DNA of 63,924 bases, filler included, from Octopus bimaculoides (lineage: Eukaryota): assembly GCF_001194135.2 (NCBI RefSeq). It is 6 parts of 6 records of this genome, joined end to end, with 100 filler letters (N's around TTAATTAATTAA, not from the genome) between each part and the next. Parts side by side here need not be neighbours in the genome. Positions count along the whole stretch, not along the records: positions 56,148 to 62,648 come from NC_069006.1; positions 62,749 to 63,924 come from NC_068986.1; 4 more parts are not named here. One strand, given 5' to 3'. Positions within the stretch are counted from its first letter, which is position 1. The number at the start of each line of letters is the position of its first letter. This document shows positions 61,581 through 63,924 of this stretch, piece after piece. A program made the position numbers and the translations under genes. The notes below the pieces were generated by a model that was given only the letters and a program-made list of their open reading frames with translations, was not told the origin of the DNA and made no database searches.

Positions 61581-62757
61581 TGTGTGCGTTTTGCGTGTTA
61601 CTAGGTCGAATATTTGATAGCTATATCGAATATTGATTCCTGTCCTCCTCATTTGGTGTCCAATAGAGAATATATGGCTTTCTCTAATCATTGAAGAGGC
61701 CTTGAGAGAGACCCTCGACTTTCTAGAAATAGCAACCATGTTACCTTCAAATCGCACCCTGTCGTTTCAAATATAGAATGAATGTTTTAGTAAAATGCTG
61801 TCTTGCATGCCCATACAAAGATGGTGGGATCACGTTTGGAATGTAGTTTATTGTGAGGAACTCATTGCTTTACTTCACTGCTCTGTGAGTGTGTGTAGGG
61901 TTGAGTGAGAAGGAGAGAGACAGAGACAGAAAGAGAAAGAGAGAGAGAGAAAGAGAAATATATATAGAGAGAGTGGGGTTTGGAAAGAGAGATGTGGGGG
62001 CCACGTTTAAAATGTTTTCTGCAAGGAACTCTTTGCATGGTTTCACTGCTCCGTGAGTGAAGTGTGTGTGTAGGGGTGAGAAAGAGAAAGAGAGAGACAG
62101 CATGGAAAGCTAGGGCCGGATCGCTTCATTATACAGTGTTATCTACTCGCTGATCACTCTAAGTTGTCTCTAAACTGAAATGTTCTGCATCTATTGTTTC
62201 TCTGTTTCCCATAAGAAAGCTTCCTTAGAAATAAAAATTCTATTTGATAATATAGAACGAAACGAATGGAACATGTAAATACATTCATAACAGCTTTAAA
62301 TATAGAAATCCTTTCCGTTACTGATGATTGCACGACGCGAAATAAAACCGATAGAAACTAGGTATAAAAACTGATATTTGATATTAAGTCGTATTTCCAC
62401 ATGTGTTTTGCATTTATATTCTTACACGTATATCACATTAGCTTTTATACATATGCACAGAATGTATGCATACACAAACATGTATGTATGTATGTATAAG
62501 TGTGATCTGATGCAGTGCTGTGGATTTATATATGCACAAACACACGCGCATTTATAGTGCACACGTGTGTATGTCTGTATTTTAGTATGCGTATATTTAT
62601 ATATACATATATGTATACATACCTATGTATATATATATATATATATATNNNNNNNNNNNNNNNNNNNNNNNNNNNNNNNNNNNNNNNNNNNNTTAATTAA
62701 TTAANNNNNNNNNNNNNNNNNNNNNNNNNNNNNNNNNNNNNNNNNNNNCACACACAT

Positions 62758-62990
62758 TAAGGCGGCGAGCTGGCAGAAACGTTAGCACGCCGGGCGAAAT
62801 GCTTAGCGGTATTTTGTCTACCGCTACGTTCTGAGTTCAAATTCCGCCGAGGTCGACTCTGCCTTTCATCCTTTCGGGGTCGATTAAATAAGTACCAGTT
62901 ACGCACTGGGGTTGGTATAATCGGCTTAATCCGTTTGTCTGTCCTTGTTTGTCCCCTCTGTGTGTAGCCCCTTGTGAGTAGTAAAGAAAT
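62758..62990 (+). mobile_element. SINE family A, least-diverged copy
   Basis: AAGGCGGCGAGCTGGCAGAAACGTTAGCACGCCGGGCG (A box), GAGTTCAAATTCC (B box), core GCCTTTCATCCTTTCGGGGTCGATTAAATAAGTACCAG (resembles the Meta/MESC-type SINE domain, from memory). Confidence 0.93.
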
Positions 62991-63029
62991 AACATACAAA
63001 CACGAACACACACACATATAAAATGATAT

Positions 63030-63688
63030 AATATATTAAATATATTATAATATAGGTGGTCCGTTAGCAATTAAAATCTAGAGACAAATTAATAAAGAAT
63101 GGTACAAAAATGGTACCAGCATTGCTAGAAATAAGAGTCAAAATCGACTCGATAGTCATGGGGTTGACGAAAAGCGAGGGAGCTAACAAATGCACCTTTC
63201 TATGGTGAGATAAACTCACAAAATGAAGTAAGCAGATATATCCATATCACGTGATTTCGAACTCTGATAATGATCTTAGTTTCCATCAGTGGATCTTATT
63301 GATTCCCCTGGTTACCAGGGTAGCCGCCTCGTGCAACTCATAAGAAAACCGTTGAAAGGTTCTGCTAATTCAAAACGGTCGAGGTGTATAGTATAAATTA
63401 AATAACATAATGTATTATAATATAAGTGGCCCGTTTGCAATTAAAGCCTAAATGCAAATTAATAAAGAAGGGTACAAAAATAGTACCAGCATTGATAGAA
63501 ATAAGAGTCAAAACCGATTCGATAGCCACACAAAGTGTTAACCTCATGAGATTGACGAAAAGCGAGGGAACGAACAAAAGCACCTTTCTATGGTGAGATA
63601 AACTCACAAAATGAAGTAAACAGATATATCCATATCACGTGATTTCGAACTCTGATAATGATCTTAGTTTCAATCAGTGGATCTTGAT
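63030..63688 (+). repeat. Direct duplication of about 270 bp (about 63030-63298 and 63400-63688), roughly 90% identical
   Basis: Shared GCAATTAAA...GGTACAAAAAT.GTACCAGCATTG.TAGAAATAAGAGTCAAAA...GCACCTTTCTATGGTGAGATAAACTCACAAAATGAAG...ATATCACGTGATTTCGAACTCTGATAATGATCTTAG. Confidence 0.92.
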
Positions 63689-63719
63689 GCTACTCCAACA
63701 TGAACAAGCAAGAAAAAAA

Positions 63720-63890
63720 CCGATGCTGGTGTGTTTACGTCCCCGTAACTTATCGGTTCGGCTAAGAAACCGATAGAATAACTACTAGGCCTACAAAGAA
63801 TAAGTCCTGGGGTGAATTTACTCGACTAAAGGCGGTGCTCCAGCAAGGCCGCAGTCAAATGACTGAAACAAATAAAAGAATTAAAGAATA
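63720..63890 (+). mobile_element. SINE family B tail half
   Basis: GGTGTGTTTACGTCCCCGTAAC...CGACTAAAGGCGGTGCTCCAGCAAGGCCGCAGTCAAATGACTGAAAC. Confidence 0.92.
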
Positions 63891-63924
63891 CTAGCCACCG
63901 GTATGAAATATATATATATATATA

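Noticed and set aside
61660-61780. Open frame NIWLSLIIEEALRETLDFLEIATML after an acceptor-like site
   Set aside because: CTTTCTAGAAATAGCA...CAAATCGCACCCT looks like a common octopus repeat fragment (from memory), and there is no good donor.

Overview
Repeat-dominated, gap-riddled eukaryotic scaffold segment. The SINE families, extreme microsatellite density and LINE/DNA-transposon mix point to an octopus genome, probably Octopus bimaculoides; this is an inference from recognition, not a database result. I recognise no host protein-coding gene, rRNA, functional tRNA or CRISPR array, and the window looks intronic or intergenic. Supported content: many tRNA-derived SINE copies (window-local families A-D); decayed LINEs (Tx1, R4/Dong-like, CR1, Penelope-like, RTE-like); DNA transposon relics (a non-autonomous Helitron, two hAT MITEs with 8-bp TSDs, mariner/Tc1, pogo/Tigger-like); and several long inverted repeats. 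Almost every ORF in the supplied track is a microsatellite or N-gap artefact. The most interesting leads are: a roughly 490-bp essentially gapless palindrome (28673-29160) plus four smaller hairpins; repeated head-to-tail stacking of SINE-A at TTA/TAA tails, with a Dong-like LINE inserted in one such spacer; head/tail module swapping between SINE families; an identical 163-bp local copy enclosed by inverted AT-rich termini inside a (TA)n tract; and a few low-confidence candidate exons.
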